A stretch of DNA of 63,892 nt, filler included, from Octopus bimaculoides (Eukaryota), in the NCBI RefSeq assembly GCF_001194135.2. It is 10 parts of 10 records of this genome, joined end to end, with 100 filler letters (N's around TTAATTAATTAA, not from the genome) between each part and the next. Parts side by side here need not be neighbours in the genome. Positions count along the whole stretch, not along the records: positions 1 to 24,354 come from NC_068988.1; positions 24,455 to 27,919 come from NC_068992.1; 8 more parts are not named here. One strand, 5' to 3'. The notes under the pieces are model-generated. The model was not told the origin of the DNA. It worked only from the letters and a program-made list of their open reading frames with translations, and ran no database searches. Below, one piece after another: positions 14,966 to 26,885 of the stretch. Position 1 is the stretch's first letter, and every line of letters starts with the position of its first letter. Position numbers and translations under genes: made by a program.

Positions 14966-16048
14966 ACGCACATACACATACACCTGCGCACACACACACG
15001 TACCAACACACACACGCGCAAACAACACTCACACAACCACATACATATATATAAAGCTACATGTACACACATATACAGACACATCTATACGTGTGTGTGT
15101 GCGCGCTTAGTTCTGTGTGTAGTTATGTATATTTTATGATATGATATTTTTTGTTGAATGTGTTTTGCTTGTTACCTTTACTCATGACCTCATAATTATA
15201 GTTGTATTTAAAAGTGTGCTTAACTATCTGTGTGTAACTATCTGCGTTATTTTACGGTGTTATTAATAACAATAGGTCATCATTATCGTTTTATATTTAA
15301 CACTAACACGTATAAAACTCTTTAGGGCGTGGTCATCTTAAGATCTTTCGGTTTATATGGATATTTTTTGCATATTCTTATATTTTCATACATTTAAAAT
15401 TGCAAGTATAGCTTACTACATGAGAGAATATGGCATGAAATATCCGTTGTTGTTTATTTAGCTCAGACGACTTCTCGATCAGGTGTGAGGGAGGCTATAA
15501 CGAGAACAAAGTTCTAATTCATCTAAGCTCTATGTTCCATGTTTTTAATAGTGTTTAACCGCTAATAAATTATCCAGTATGTCTTATAATAATAATAGTA
15601 GTAGTTGTTGTAGTAGTAGCAGCTGCAGTAGTAGAAATAATAACACCGTCTAGTTGAAATAATATCCAGTAATGCTATGAAAAATATACGTTCTTGGTAA
15701 GGCCATAATAATGTGGAAAGTATTAGGTAGTTGAAAAGAACAGATAGCATGGTACCATAGGCTGCAGGCAATAAGTTGGCTACGCATGCAAGACTCCAGG
15801 AGTTCTAACCGATCTCCCGAAATTAATAATAACAATAATAATTTCTGCCCTAGGCGTACGGAAAACACTCGGCGAGAAATGGAAGAAAATTTGAAGAAAG
15901 AAGGAAAAAAAACAACACAATAATAATAATAACAACAACACTAATGTAGATTATTGCATATCTCTCATGCGTTCGCTCCTCTGCTCTACTCTTTCAATCT
16001 TTGTAGTGTAGTGGCATTGGAGTGCTTAAAGCTGCGCTGTTCGTTTGG

Positions 16049-17290
16049 CACTATGTGGTGACCATGACTGAGAGCAGTAGTCCAAACTCTGAGTCACGCT
16101 TTCTCATATATTTTAACTCGTATCGATCGTTTCTCCCGTTGGCCGGAGGCCATTTCTATAGTAGACATTTCTGCTGAAACTGTTGCAGAAGCATTCGCGT
16201 CTAGCTGGATTTCTAGGTTCGGTGTACTGTCCTTTTTAACCATAGATCGTGGTCGACAATTCGAAGCTGTTTTATTTCGTGAGTTATCAGGAATCCTGGG
16301 GGTGCATCATATACGCATCACTAGTTATCATCCCGCTTCTAATGGGATGGTGGAGCGTTTCCACAGGCAACTTAAGGCCGCGTTGCGTGCCTCGCCGAAT
16401 CCACAGTCGTGGACTGAATTTCTTCCTATCGTGCTGATTGGATGTCGGGCTGCGGTTAAACCAGACATTGGTCGTTCTTCCGCCGAGCTCTAGTATAGCA
16501 GCACACTGGCATTGCCTGGTACGATGTTGGTGTCAGACAAGTCAAAGTTTCTTAATCTAGAGTCTTATGTTGCTCGACTACGCAGTTATTTTTCTGCCCT
16601 TCCTCCTATGGGTTCCCGGCACCAAAATCCTCCTTCTAATGTGCCATCAGATCTTGACTCTTGGACACATGTTTTTATTCGAGATGATTCTGTCAAAGGA
16701 CCTCTAGTTTCTCCTTGTAAAGGACCTTTTTGTGTGCTTTCCCGCACGCCGATAATATTAAAACTTCACGTTAATTGTCGTTCGGAGACCGTCTCCGTAG
16801 ATCGTCTTAAAAGGGCATATTTTGAGGTGTCCACATCTTTTGATGACACCACTGCCACACCCATCTTTCAACCTTCACATGATCCTTTGACAACACCATC
16901 ACTTACACATGCACCTTTGTCAATACCATCACATTTACGTGCATCTTTATCAACACCAACATAGGCAACACCACTTTCGTTGTCGCAGCCTGCCTCGAAC
17001 AAACCTTATCTTACGAGGTTAGGTAGAACTGTACACTGGGCAAAGAGACTTACAAAGACTATTTATGTTTGACATTCTCAATTGTGTTTCCAGTGACAGT
17101 TACAATACTTATTGAACTTTGTTTTTTCTCTTTCTTTGGTGCATGCTTATTTATATTGTAAATTTTATTTTGAATTGTCATATTGTGTACCACATTTGTT
17201 TGGTGATTTGGTAACCATCTTATTTTCTGGAGCCACTACAATTTTTTCCGTGCTTCCGCACTCGAGGGGGATCCTTGTAGTGACGTCATC
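16049..17290 (+). mobile_element. Ty3/Gypsy LTR retrotransposon remnant (integrase; gag-RT-RH deleted)
   Basis: Frame 16101-16964 reads [15 protein letters not shown]...IDRGRQFE...[17 protein letters not shown] with exact D(35)E spacing, one in-frame TAG at 16491, then KGPFCVLSR and TVSVDRLK. A PBS-like TGGTGACC (16056-16063) follows cactatg. A purine tract gaggggga (17264-17271) precedes a TGTAGTG LTR-like start at 17276. Confidence 0.9.
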
Positions 17291-18188
17291 TTGAGAGTCT
17301 TAAGTACGCATGCGCGTGGATGGAATCTTCTGGAAGGCCTGCGGAAGTTCCCTCATGCGCATACACTGAAAACCGCCGGTACAAGTCCTATCGCGTTCCC
17401 TGCTTGCGTCTCTAACTCGAGACGCAACTGTTGAACATTGCAGACGTGTTTTTATTAGCAGTTCGCCTACGCTCTTGTCCCAGATGCATGGAATTGACCA
17501 GCTCTATTTGTTACTGAAGTTTGTGTGAAATTATTTTCACATATGTCTAATTCGCTCCAGTTTTGCTGTTTTAATTACCAAACTTGTATCTCCAAGATGT
17601 TCCAAGTTACATTAATGGTTTTCAGGGAAATGATTAACTCCAGATTTGCTGTTTATACACCAAACCGTGGGTGCTGACTAACCAAATGTACATTTTATAT
17701 ACACCCGAACACAGAGTGTTATATGTTCGTGGTTATTGACTGTCCGAATGTACCTTTTATATATACAAGAACAAAAGAGTCTTATATGTTCGTTATTGCA
17801 TTTCATATCCAAAATAGTATATTCAATATATTTTATATACTTAAAGTGTCTAATTTATTTATCGGTATAACTGCCTCTTGATCCGTCTTGTAGCCTTTCT
17901 TTACCGTATCGAATCAATCTTATATAAATGCATCGAAGTTTAAGTTTGAATCTCTTGATCACTACTAAGTGCCGTCAATACGGAGAATCTTCGGATTTCA
18001 TCTGTGGATATATATATATATATATACCAGAGCAATCACATAAATGTGAAACAAGGTGGAAACAAAATAGTACTTGAATACCGGAGGTAGAGTAATATGG
18101 TTTATTAATAAGGCAGCAAAAACTTCACAAGAACTGTTACTCAAAATTTCACGTATATAAGTATTTCATGTATATAGGTATACATATA

Positions 18189-18477
18189 TGGGTACAGGTC
18201 GTCACAAAATGTTAACAACATGAAATACAAAAGTAACGTTGGGTGTGCAAAGAACGAGAGAAACAAATGGAAAACTAGACAAGTAACATGAAAAATGAAC
18301 CTTCAGGAGTAGTCTGCTGTCTGGCTCGAAATAAGGAGTAGAAGGACAGCCGACAACTGATGACGGGACATTTTTCATTTTACTTGTCTTGTTTTCCATT
18401 TATTTCTCTCGTTCTATGCGTACTCAACGTTATTTTCGTATTTCATGCTGTTTACGTTTTGTAACGTCCTGTACCCA
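18189..18477. repeat. Foldback inverted repeat, arms of about 110 bp, loop of about 63 nt
   Basis: gggtacagg...catgaaaaatgaacc (about 18189-18301) pairs with gggacatttttcat...cctgtaccc (about 18365-18477). Confidence 0.9.
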
Positions 18478-18528
18478 TATAGTCTTACCTATATACATAC
18501 ATATGTGTATTCATATATGGACATATGG

Positions 18529-18573
<45 letters not shown>

Positions 18574-21514
18574 NNNNNNNNNNNNNNNNNNNNNNNNNNN
18601 NNNNNNNNNNNNNNNNNNNNNNNNNNNNNNNNNNNNNNNNNNNNNNNNNNNNNNNNNNNNNNNNNNNNNNNNNNNNNNNNNNNNNNNNNNNNNNNNNNNN
18701 NNNNNNNNNNNNNNNNNNNNNNNNNNNNNNNNNNNNNNNNNNNNNNNNNNNNNNNNNNNNNNNNNNNNNNNNNNNNNNNNNNNNNNNNNNNNNNNNNNNN
18801 NNNNNNNNNNNNNNNNNNNNNNNNNNNNNNNNNNNNNNNNNNNNNNNNNNNNNNNNNNNNNNNNNNNNNNNNNNNNNNNNNNNNNNNNNNNNNNNNNNNN
18901 NNNNNNNNNNNNNNNNNNNNNNNNNNNNNNNNNNNNNNNNNNNNNNNNNNNNNNNNNNNNNNNNNNNNNNNNNNNNNNNNNNNNNNNNNNNNNNNNNNNN
19001 NNNNNNNNNNNNNNNNNNNNNNNNNNNNNNNNNNNNNNNNNNNNNNNNNNNNNNNNNNNNNNNNNNNNNNNNNNNNNNNNNNNNNNNNNNNNNNNNNNNN
19101 NNNNNNNNNNNNNNNNNNNNNNNNNNNNNNNNNNNNNNNNNNNNNNNNNNNNNNNNNNNNNNNNNNNNNNNNNNNNNNNNNNNNNNNNNNNNNNNNNNNN
19201 NNNNNNNNNNNNNNNNNNNNNNNNNNNNNNNNNNNNNNNNNNNNTATATATATATATATATATATGCGTGTATGTCATACACACTATCCATTCATGCATG
19301 TACGTAAGTATATAAATAAATGTGTAAATATATACATTTATATGTCATACTAATAAGTGCATGTGCGTGCTTTTGTATGTTTTTACACAATCCGTCATAG
19401 CTACATACATAAATACTACTAAATTAAAAACGGACACATTTTTGTGTGCATAATTCTGTGTATATGTTGGTATGTGTGTGTGTTCGTGTGTCTGAGAGAG
19501 AAAGAGAGAGAGTGAGTGAGATGGGGAGAGTAACAGATAAAGAAAGAGACTTTGTGTGTCCGTCGTTTTCATAGATATTACATTATATTATAATACAGTA
19601 TATTTCACTATATTGTCTTTATTAGTGACGGTATTATGTCTATCAAAGATTGTCTGTGAGATGCTAAATTGATTAAGTAACATTAGTGTTGAAGTAGTTA
19701 TACCGAATATTTAATGAACGAGATAAGTATTATCGCCGAATTCTGCAAGTGGTTTTAAGTACATGGGGCATTTATCTATACAATCTATTTCAATATCAAT
19801 GTCCTTCTCTAAGCGATATGCTTGAGAACATTTATATAATAGTAATACATTTCCCATTAAAGATTCTGCCGAAACGTTGCAGATTATACTTTAAAAGTTA
19901 AGATTATATTTAGGTGATCTAAAGACTTAAATGCCAACATTACAGAAACTGAAGCATTATTTAACTGTTTATGGATTCATCAAAGGATTACAGTACACTG
20001 GACACATACAGTGTCTTAGTGACTGGTAGATGGAAGGTGGGAATTCATTCCTAGATATTACACCAAACACCATTGTTGGCAGTGTGGATTTAAATGTAAT
20101 CTTAAAATGGACGAGCAACTTTAGAACGGCAAACATTAATGCTAACATAAAAAACAAAATAGGACTGGCTTTTTCACCGCCTACCAGTATTTCAGTCACA
20201 AGTATGGGTTCGAAACGATGCCAAAAACATTCGACAATTTTACCGTACAAAAGAGTCGAACCCCAAAATGGATATGTACATTTACAGCAGAAAGCGAGAA
20301 TGTGTCAATTCCATATACTGTATAGCTACGTTTACGTGCTCGAGAGATACATTAAAGATCTGTTAATTATATAGGAAACAGTTACGAAAAGAGATGAAGG
20401 ATTTACATGCTATTAATGAAGTTTGCCATTGATTATTTAGTTTCTGGTATGTATGCGACAAAATTGTTATTGTTAAAATAAATTATCTATATCACACTTG
20501 CTCTTTCTCGCTCTAGCTCACTCGCACGCTCGATCTTTTTGAGTACGTGTTCCAGTCGAAGATGCATCTAATTTTACTTTATGAATTGTCATCTACAAGA
20601 CATATTTTTTGTTATATTTTAAATTATGGAAATAGCTTTTCTATAAGTAAAAGCCTATTTTACTGATCGCAATGCGTAATTAGATCGTATAAATGTAATG
20701 AGCTTATTAGATCGAATTATTTGTCAGAAGTGGTTCCTGACGTACAAATGAGATCTGGTTAGAATTCTCAGAAACCTGAGGTGTGAGGTGTATTACAAAG
20801 AGAACATGCTATAAAGGAGGATAAATGGGGGAGTCTAACGAATTAATCAGTTAAATTTGAACACTTTAGACTTGTACATTTGCTGAAAAGGGTGAATTTT
20901 TACTTTTATAACGTCGGTGAAAGAAGGACGAAATGATACTACCATTAATGCTATTTCTTACGTAAGGGGAGATATAAACCTGCAAATTTTGAATTGAATT
21001 AGATGATGGCGCAAGAAATGTTTCGAATTAAAGTAAAATAGTGTAGCCGCTAGAAGAGTGTCACAAAATGTAGTACTTAGGAGGGAAGGAGGATAGGATT
21101 TTAAGTGGTGGTATTAAGCCTGAAAACAATCCATATTGAGAAATAAAGCTCCGAAACCAAAGAATTGAATAGTGTCACACAACGGACACACAGACAGAGC
21201 GTTAAAATGAATACGCTCACACACACATACACACAAACATAAATACACACACATAGACACATACACGTACATACATGCATGCATGTACGCATACATAATG
21301 CATACTTACATGCATACATACATACATATATACATACTTACATACATACATACTGCACTTTAAGCTACGTCAGAATTCCGAGAGATGCATTCCAGAAGAT
21401 TCAAACTTTTAGTAGGAATGGTTATAACTGCCCAAGAGTATTTTGAATACATTATGTCATTACTATGCATATAAGAAGCTGACCTGCCAAACTTTTTTTT
21501 TTTACCAGATTGAA

Positions 21515-22170
21515 GGAAACAGCCGCAAAAATACGTTTATTACTGAAGAATTCTACACGTTGTAACTTACCACAGATTTTTTGGACATCCTCCTTTAGTT
21601 CTTGGTGCCTGACTATTCGTGTAGGTGTAAATTTCAGTCCTTTTGACAGAAGTTGGATATCGTTATTGTCAAGATCTCTTTTGGATAAATTATTTTAGGA
21701 TCTATATGTCTAGTTGCTTTGGATATGTTTCCTCTTGGATATTTTCCTTTTGAGGTGTTTGTTTTCCTGACATAAAGAAAGATGGATTATTCTCTGTTTA
21801 TGGTTTATGTTCCTGTTGATGTTTGCTTAATAAACTTTGTTTGGTTTCGTTATGTTTTCTGTCCTCTTTTGGCGTTATACATATCCTTTTTCAATATCTG
21901 GTTAGTATTGTTTTTAACAACCTAGGGGAATACTCTAGGTTTACTTCCAGATCTAGATAGCTTTTTAGCCCAGGTTTTTGTAGGTAATATCTGCCGAGGT
22001 CTTGAGAAAGATCTGTTATTTCTAATCTTATGGTCTGACCAAAGGAATATCTATCCCGTTTGCACTTTTTGTTCACAGTGTGTATATTAGGGTGTTTGCC
22101 TACAAAAAGGGAAGATTTCTTACCGTTGTTCATCTTCAATTCACTGTGAAACGAGTGTTCATGTTGCAAA
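21515..22170 (-). mobile_element. Penelope-like element, N-terminal ORF region, inverted 5' segment
   Basis: Minus-strand translation at about 21690-21530 gives NLSKRDLDNNDIQLLSKGLKFTPTRIVRHQELKEDVQKICGKLQRVEFFSN, the NLS...LxKGLxFxPT motif found upstream of the RT core in Penelope-like elements. Confidence 0.75.
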
Positions 22171-22179
22171 AAATAGACG

Positions 22180-23420
22180 CATTAATGTTAGGCCAAACAT
22201 TAACAGACCAGAGATGTTTGCTTTTAAACGTGTACAAAACGATCAAACAATAATAATTAAACAAGGTGGTGCAATTGTTATTATGGATGCAGAATGCTAC
22301 AAAATTTAGTTCAGGACCAACTGAAGGACATAACCTTCTATTGTGAAATACCTTCAAATATAGACCAACACATCATGAAGAAGATCAACAACCTGGTTTC
22401 AAAACACCACAACTCACTTACCGATAATGAAAGAGACTACATCACCAATTTCGAGCCAAAACCTAGCAACTTCTACGGCTTACCGACAATATATAAATGA
22501 AAAGACATTAAACGTGCAGTAAAAGAAAAAGAAAGTACATAATATTACAACTTTCAAAACTCTTGAAACTATTATAGCTGGTCCAGCATGCCGGACCCAC
22601 CATCTAAGAACATTTATTGACATTATTTTGAAACCACTATCTACCTACATACCCAGTTTCATGCGGAATGATATCGTCTTCCTGCCCCACCATTCCAAAC
22701 CAACTGAAATAAATTCATTTCTACTTAGTTTTGATGTGGTAAGCCTTTACACAAATATTCCACATGATTTAGGAATAAAGACGATTAAATACTGGGGAGA
22801 AAACAGAGAAATAATTCCCAAATAGGTTCACAATGCCAGTTATATTAGACACAGTCATACTTATTCTAGAAAACAACACATTCTTCATCAATGGAAAGAA
22901 TTATATCTCGTTTACGCGAAGTAGAGGAAGACTATAGCACTGACTTTAGAAAGTATATTGAAAAGGCATGGACAAGAAACCTCGACAGAACCTCTAAATA
23001 CGCTGGAAGAGTTCAATATCCCCCTGAATAGCTTACACCCATCTCTCCAATTTACAAAGGAGATGATTAGTACCAAATTAACATTTCATGATATAATGGT
23101 AATTAAAAAGGACACCACTATTACCAAAGATATATACTATAAATAAACGGACACAAATCAATACGTGAATTTTAAGTCGTGCAATCCACCACATACAAAA
23201 CACAACATCCCAAACTGCCTAGAATTTATACCATTGTAGAAGATGCGAATATCAGGAACCAACGCCTAACTGAACTAAGAGAATTTTTGTTCAAACAAAA
23301 ATACCCTTCTCCTCTTATATAAAATGGCATACAACGGGCTATAAAAATACCCATACAACAAGTGAGCATAACCCAAAGAAGAGGAAAACAAGAAAAAGTC
23401 ATACCATTTATAGTGAATAA
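22180..23420 (+). mobile_element. Penelope-like element reverse transcriptase, degenerate (frameshifts, stops, internal deletion)
   Basis: Motifs in order: TIIIK..GGAIVIMD, PSNFYGLPTIYK, IIAGPAC, LLSFDVVSLYTNIPH, ILENNTFF, SLHPSLQFTKE, DIYYK.TD...Y, HTKHNIP, KQKYP, VIPFIV. Confidence 0.9.
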
Positions 23421-23694
23421 TTAGAACATAACAATGGTGTTGCCATAGTGTGCAAACCAGCTGGGAAAATATTTATCAAAATCGATTCACAGAAAACCGA
23501 GAACACTTAAATTTCACTCCTAAGCTATTAGCGCCTTTCTGTGTATGTGCGTGCGTGTGTGCGTGTGCACGCGCGCGTGTTTAATTTACAAGGAAAGATC
23601 CAGGGTAGCCAAATGTCACATAAGCGCCTAAGAAATTAGTAACCACGCACGCATAGGTGGTAATTACGAAGAGAAGTGAGACGTATTTTGGAGA

Positions 23695-23886
23695 ACATAA
23701 GAGAAATGTAAAGTAGATACAAATACACATGATGTTATTTAAATCATTTATATCACAGTATCACTAACATGTTTCGTCCGATGCATTAAAATTAATCCGA
23801 GAGCTGGAATAAGTCAGTGATATGGTGATATAAATGATTTAAATAACATCTTGGACGTTTGTATCTATTTGTTATTTCTTTTATGT
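23695..23886. repeat. Foldback inverted repeat, arms of about 73 bp, loop of about 46 nt
   Basis: gatgttatttaaatcatttatatcac is a perfect 26-bp inverted match to gtgatataaatgatttaaataacatc, and the match extends imperfectly to about 73 bp. Confidence 0.9.
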
Positions 23887-23973
23887 ATGTATGTATCTAT
23901 GTATGTATGTATGTATGTATGTACGAATGTATGTATGTATGAATTTATGGATGGATCGATGGATGGATCGATG

Positions 23974-24022
<49 letters not shown>

Positions 24023-24354
24023 GATTTGGACGGATGCTAGTCACATCGGCTCGCAAGTAAGTTGGCCTTTTATATGTCAAAACTTTTGCAGTTTTAAAAT
24101 ATTTTTTGTGGAAGAGGTGTATAAGTCTATACACTTCGACCCTATTAGGTTTTTGTAATAGGAAGTGGCTCCTTCTGGAGTTTATTTCCAAAAGTTTTTG
24201 ATTTTTCTCCGGCTTGTTTGCCATATTTCGTAAAAGAAATATGGCTAGGCCTTCACACGTGGTCGATTTGCCTCTAACAGCAGGCAAGGAGACTGACCAA
24301 CAAGTCGTTCCGCATGAACGAACACAAGACGTAGAGACCAGGAATGCTGCGTTT

Positions 24355-24454
24355 NNNNNNNNNNNNNNNNNNNNNNNNNNNNNNNNNNNNNNNNNNNNTT
24401 AATTAATTAANNNNNNNNNNNNNNNNNNNNNNNNNNNNNNNNNNNNNNNNNNNN
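24355..24454. other. Artificial scaffold join N44-TTAATTAATTAA-N44 (one of nine)
   Basis: Identical 100-nt structure at 24355, 27920, 39841, 43965, 49546, 52283, 58130, 60091 and 62469. The 12-mer is palindromic and places TAA in all six frames. Confidence 0.97.
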
Positions 24455-24483
24455 TATATAACATGCGTTTACTCCATTCCTTG

Positions 24484-24529
<46 letters not shown>

Positions 24530-24699
24530 GCGTATGTGTTTGCGTGTGCATGTGTATATGTATGTAATTGAGTGGAAGACTGTGTCTGGTGCATATGTGC
24601 GGGTTTCATGCACACGCCCCCTTCATTTATATGGATATGCATATAATTGTATATATGCGGGAGTGTGAACGTATGTCTGTATATATATACGTATATTTA

Positions 24700-25584
24700 G
24701 AAGTATAAATCTCCTACATATGTGGGAAATTCTGTCTGTGGGTGTGTTTGAGGAGTTGTTAGCAAATTCCTCCAACGTCGTTTTGTCGATTTTGATGAAA
24801 CTTGACACGTGAGTGAACGCATATCTGGAAACCTCATGGCATACTCAGATTGTTGAAAAAAATCGATAATCGGTCCCTGGAAGGAATCCTTATATATATC
24901 TAATATATTTTATTTTTAAAACCAAGGGAAATAACCCATTCACTCTTGGAAAATCTCCGTATATATAGCCAAGGGAAATAACACATTCATTTTCATAAAT
25001 TATTTCGTAAAAACGAAATCGAGTATGCTTATTTCTTAGTATTTGAACTGTTAGGACAACGCTTAAACAAGTAAATAATATTTTCCTAAACAATAGATCC
25101 ATTTATTTCAGTTAGTGATTTATTCACTAGCGGCCTCTGTGGGTAATATTCTCTGGGAGCGCACAAAAACCCACTTCAGAGTTATTTACTTTCAATTGTT
25201 ATTATCTCATATCGGATTAGCCTGTTGTTACGTAACATGCTTCATGATTTTAGTATACATACATTATTAGTATTTCTTCCTATCTTCTATATGCTCTGGG
25301 AACGCATTAAAACCCTTTTCGGGGCTACTTTATTTGAATTCTATCGGGTAACGAATTTCATGTTATTACATAACTGAGTTCACAATTTGGGCATTCATAA
25401 CTTATTAGGAATTCCTAAAAACAAGATCCTGTGAAAGACAGTTCGGTATTCTCTGTAAATGCACAAAAACAGTTTTATGGGCTACATACTTTGTATGGCA
25501 GTTATTGGATTAGCGAAACAATTAGAGAACGGAACCAAGGGATAAACCCCGCTTTTTCGGGAAATACCGCGTACGCCAGCTAGT
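24700..25584 (+). mobile_element. Putative non-autonomous Helitron/Helentron-like element with internal tandem subrepeats
   Basis: Ends in a GC-rich ccgcgtacgccagCTAGT (25580-25584). Contains cgattttgatgaaacttg, a 42-bp duplication (ccaagggaaataac x2) and three imperfect subrepeats starting at 25147, 25290 and 25447. Confidence 0.5.
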
Positions 25585-26066
25585 GTCTAAATATATATGT
25601 ATTATGTTACGTGTAAGCACTTATATCCTATGTGTATATGAAGATGAGGTTGCGTACACATATACACACACATATATATATATATACATGTGTGCGTGTG
25701 TGCGGATATGTGTGTATATATGAGTACGTATATACATATATGTATATACGCATGAACATGTACATGTTTGTGTGCGTACGTATGTGAACACAAGTGGTTA
25801 ATGTCTATGTATTGTGATAATATGGTTGAGTGTATTTTTATTTTTCCTCTTTTTCTACCTATTAGAGCTATTTCCCTTATATTTAACGGTTTTTCATAGG
25901 GTCTGTTGCCATTAATAGCCGACGAGAATGTATCGTAGCTCTTCGCTCCGACATTCGAAACTCCGAGTACAATAATGACAATCATTCGCTGTTTGTTCTA
26001 AATTATAACATATATAAATAATCCTCTATTTATCTAATATCTTGTTACTTTTTAATATTACTGTTC

Positions 26067-26105
<39 letters not shown>

Positions 26106-26724
26106 AAAATGAAAGATGGAAGATGAAATATACGAGAATTTATTATATATATATTTATGTAAGTTCTCATACATACACACATTTCCACACACATGCACAC
26201 ATGTATATNNNNNNNNNNNNNNNNNNNNNNNNNNNNNNNNNNNNNNNNNNNNNNNNNNNNNNNNNNNNNNNNNNNNNNNNNNNNNNNNNNNNNNNNNNNN
26301 NNNNNNNNNNNNNNNNNNNNNNNNNNNNNNNNNNNNNNNNNNNNNNNNNNNNNNNNNNNNNNNNNNNNNNNNNNNNNNNNNNNNNNNNNNNNNNNNNNNN
26401 NNNNNNNNNNNNNNNNNNNNNNNNNNNNNNNNNNNNNNNNNNNNNNNNNNNNNNNNNNNNNNNNNNNNNNNNNNNNNNNNNNNNNNNNNNNNNNNNNNNN
26501 NNNNNNNNNNNNNNNNNNNNNNNNNNNNNNNNNNNNNNNNNNNNNNNNNNNNNNNNNNNNNNNNNNNNNNNNNNNNNNNNNNNNNNNNNNNNNNNNNNNN
26601 NNNNNNNNNNNNNNNNNNNNNNNNNNNNNNNNNNNNNNNNNNNNNNNNNNNNNNNNNNNNNNNNNNNNNNNNNNNNNNNNNNNNNNNNNNNNNNNNNNNN
26701 NNNNNNNNNNNNNNNNNNNNNNNN

Positions 26725-26885
26725 NGACGCAGGCGTTGCTATGCAGTAAGACGCTTGCTCCCGAACACATAATTCCGGGTTCAGTCCAATTGCGTGACAC
26801 CTTGGGCTCGTGTCTTCTACTACAGGCTCAGGCCGACCAAAGCCTTGTGAGTGGATTTGGTAGACGGAAACTGAAAGGAGCCTAT
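26725..26885 (+). mobile_element. SINE family B, 5' part (tRNA head plus CORE-like segment)
   Basis: ccgggttcagtcc..tgcgtgacaccttggg...gccgaccaaagccttgtgagtggatttggtagacggaaactgaaa, nearly identical to 39565-39720. Confidence 0.85.

Noticed and set aside
19969-20030. SLRHCMC as the missing PVF terminal exon
   Set aside because: The spacing does not fit HxxCxC, there is no suitable phase-0 acceptor, and it lies across two artificial joins.
21891-22169. KKCKRDRYSFGQT as a GIY-YIG motif
   Set aside because: It is collinear with the N-terminal Penelope region on the same strand and lacks the YIG..R..EH pattern.
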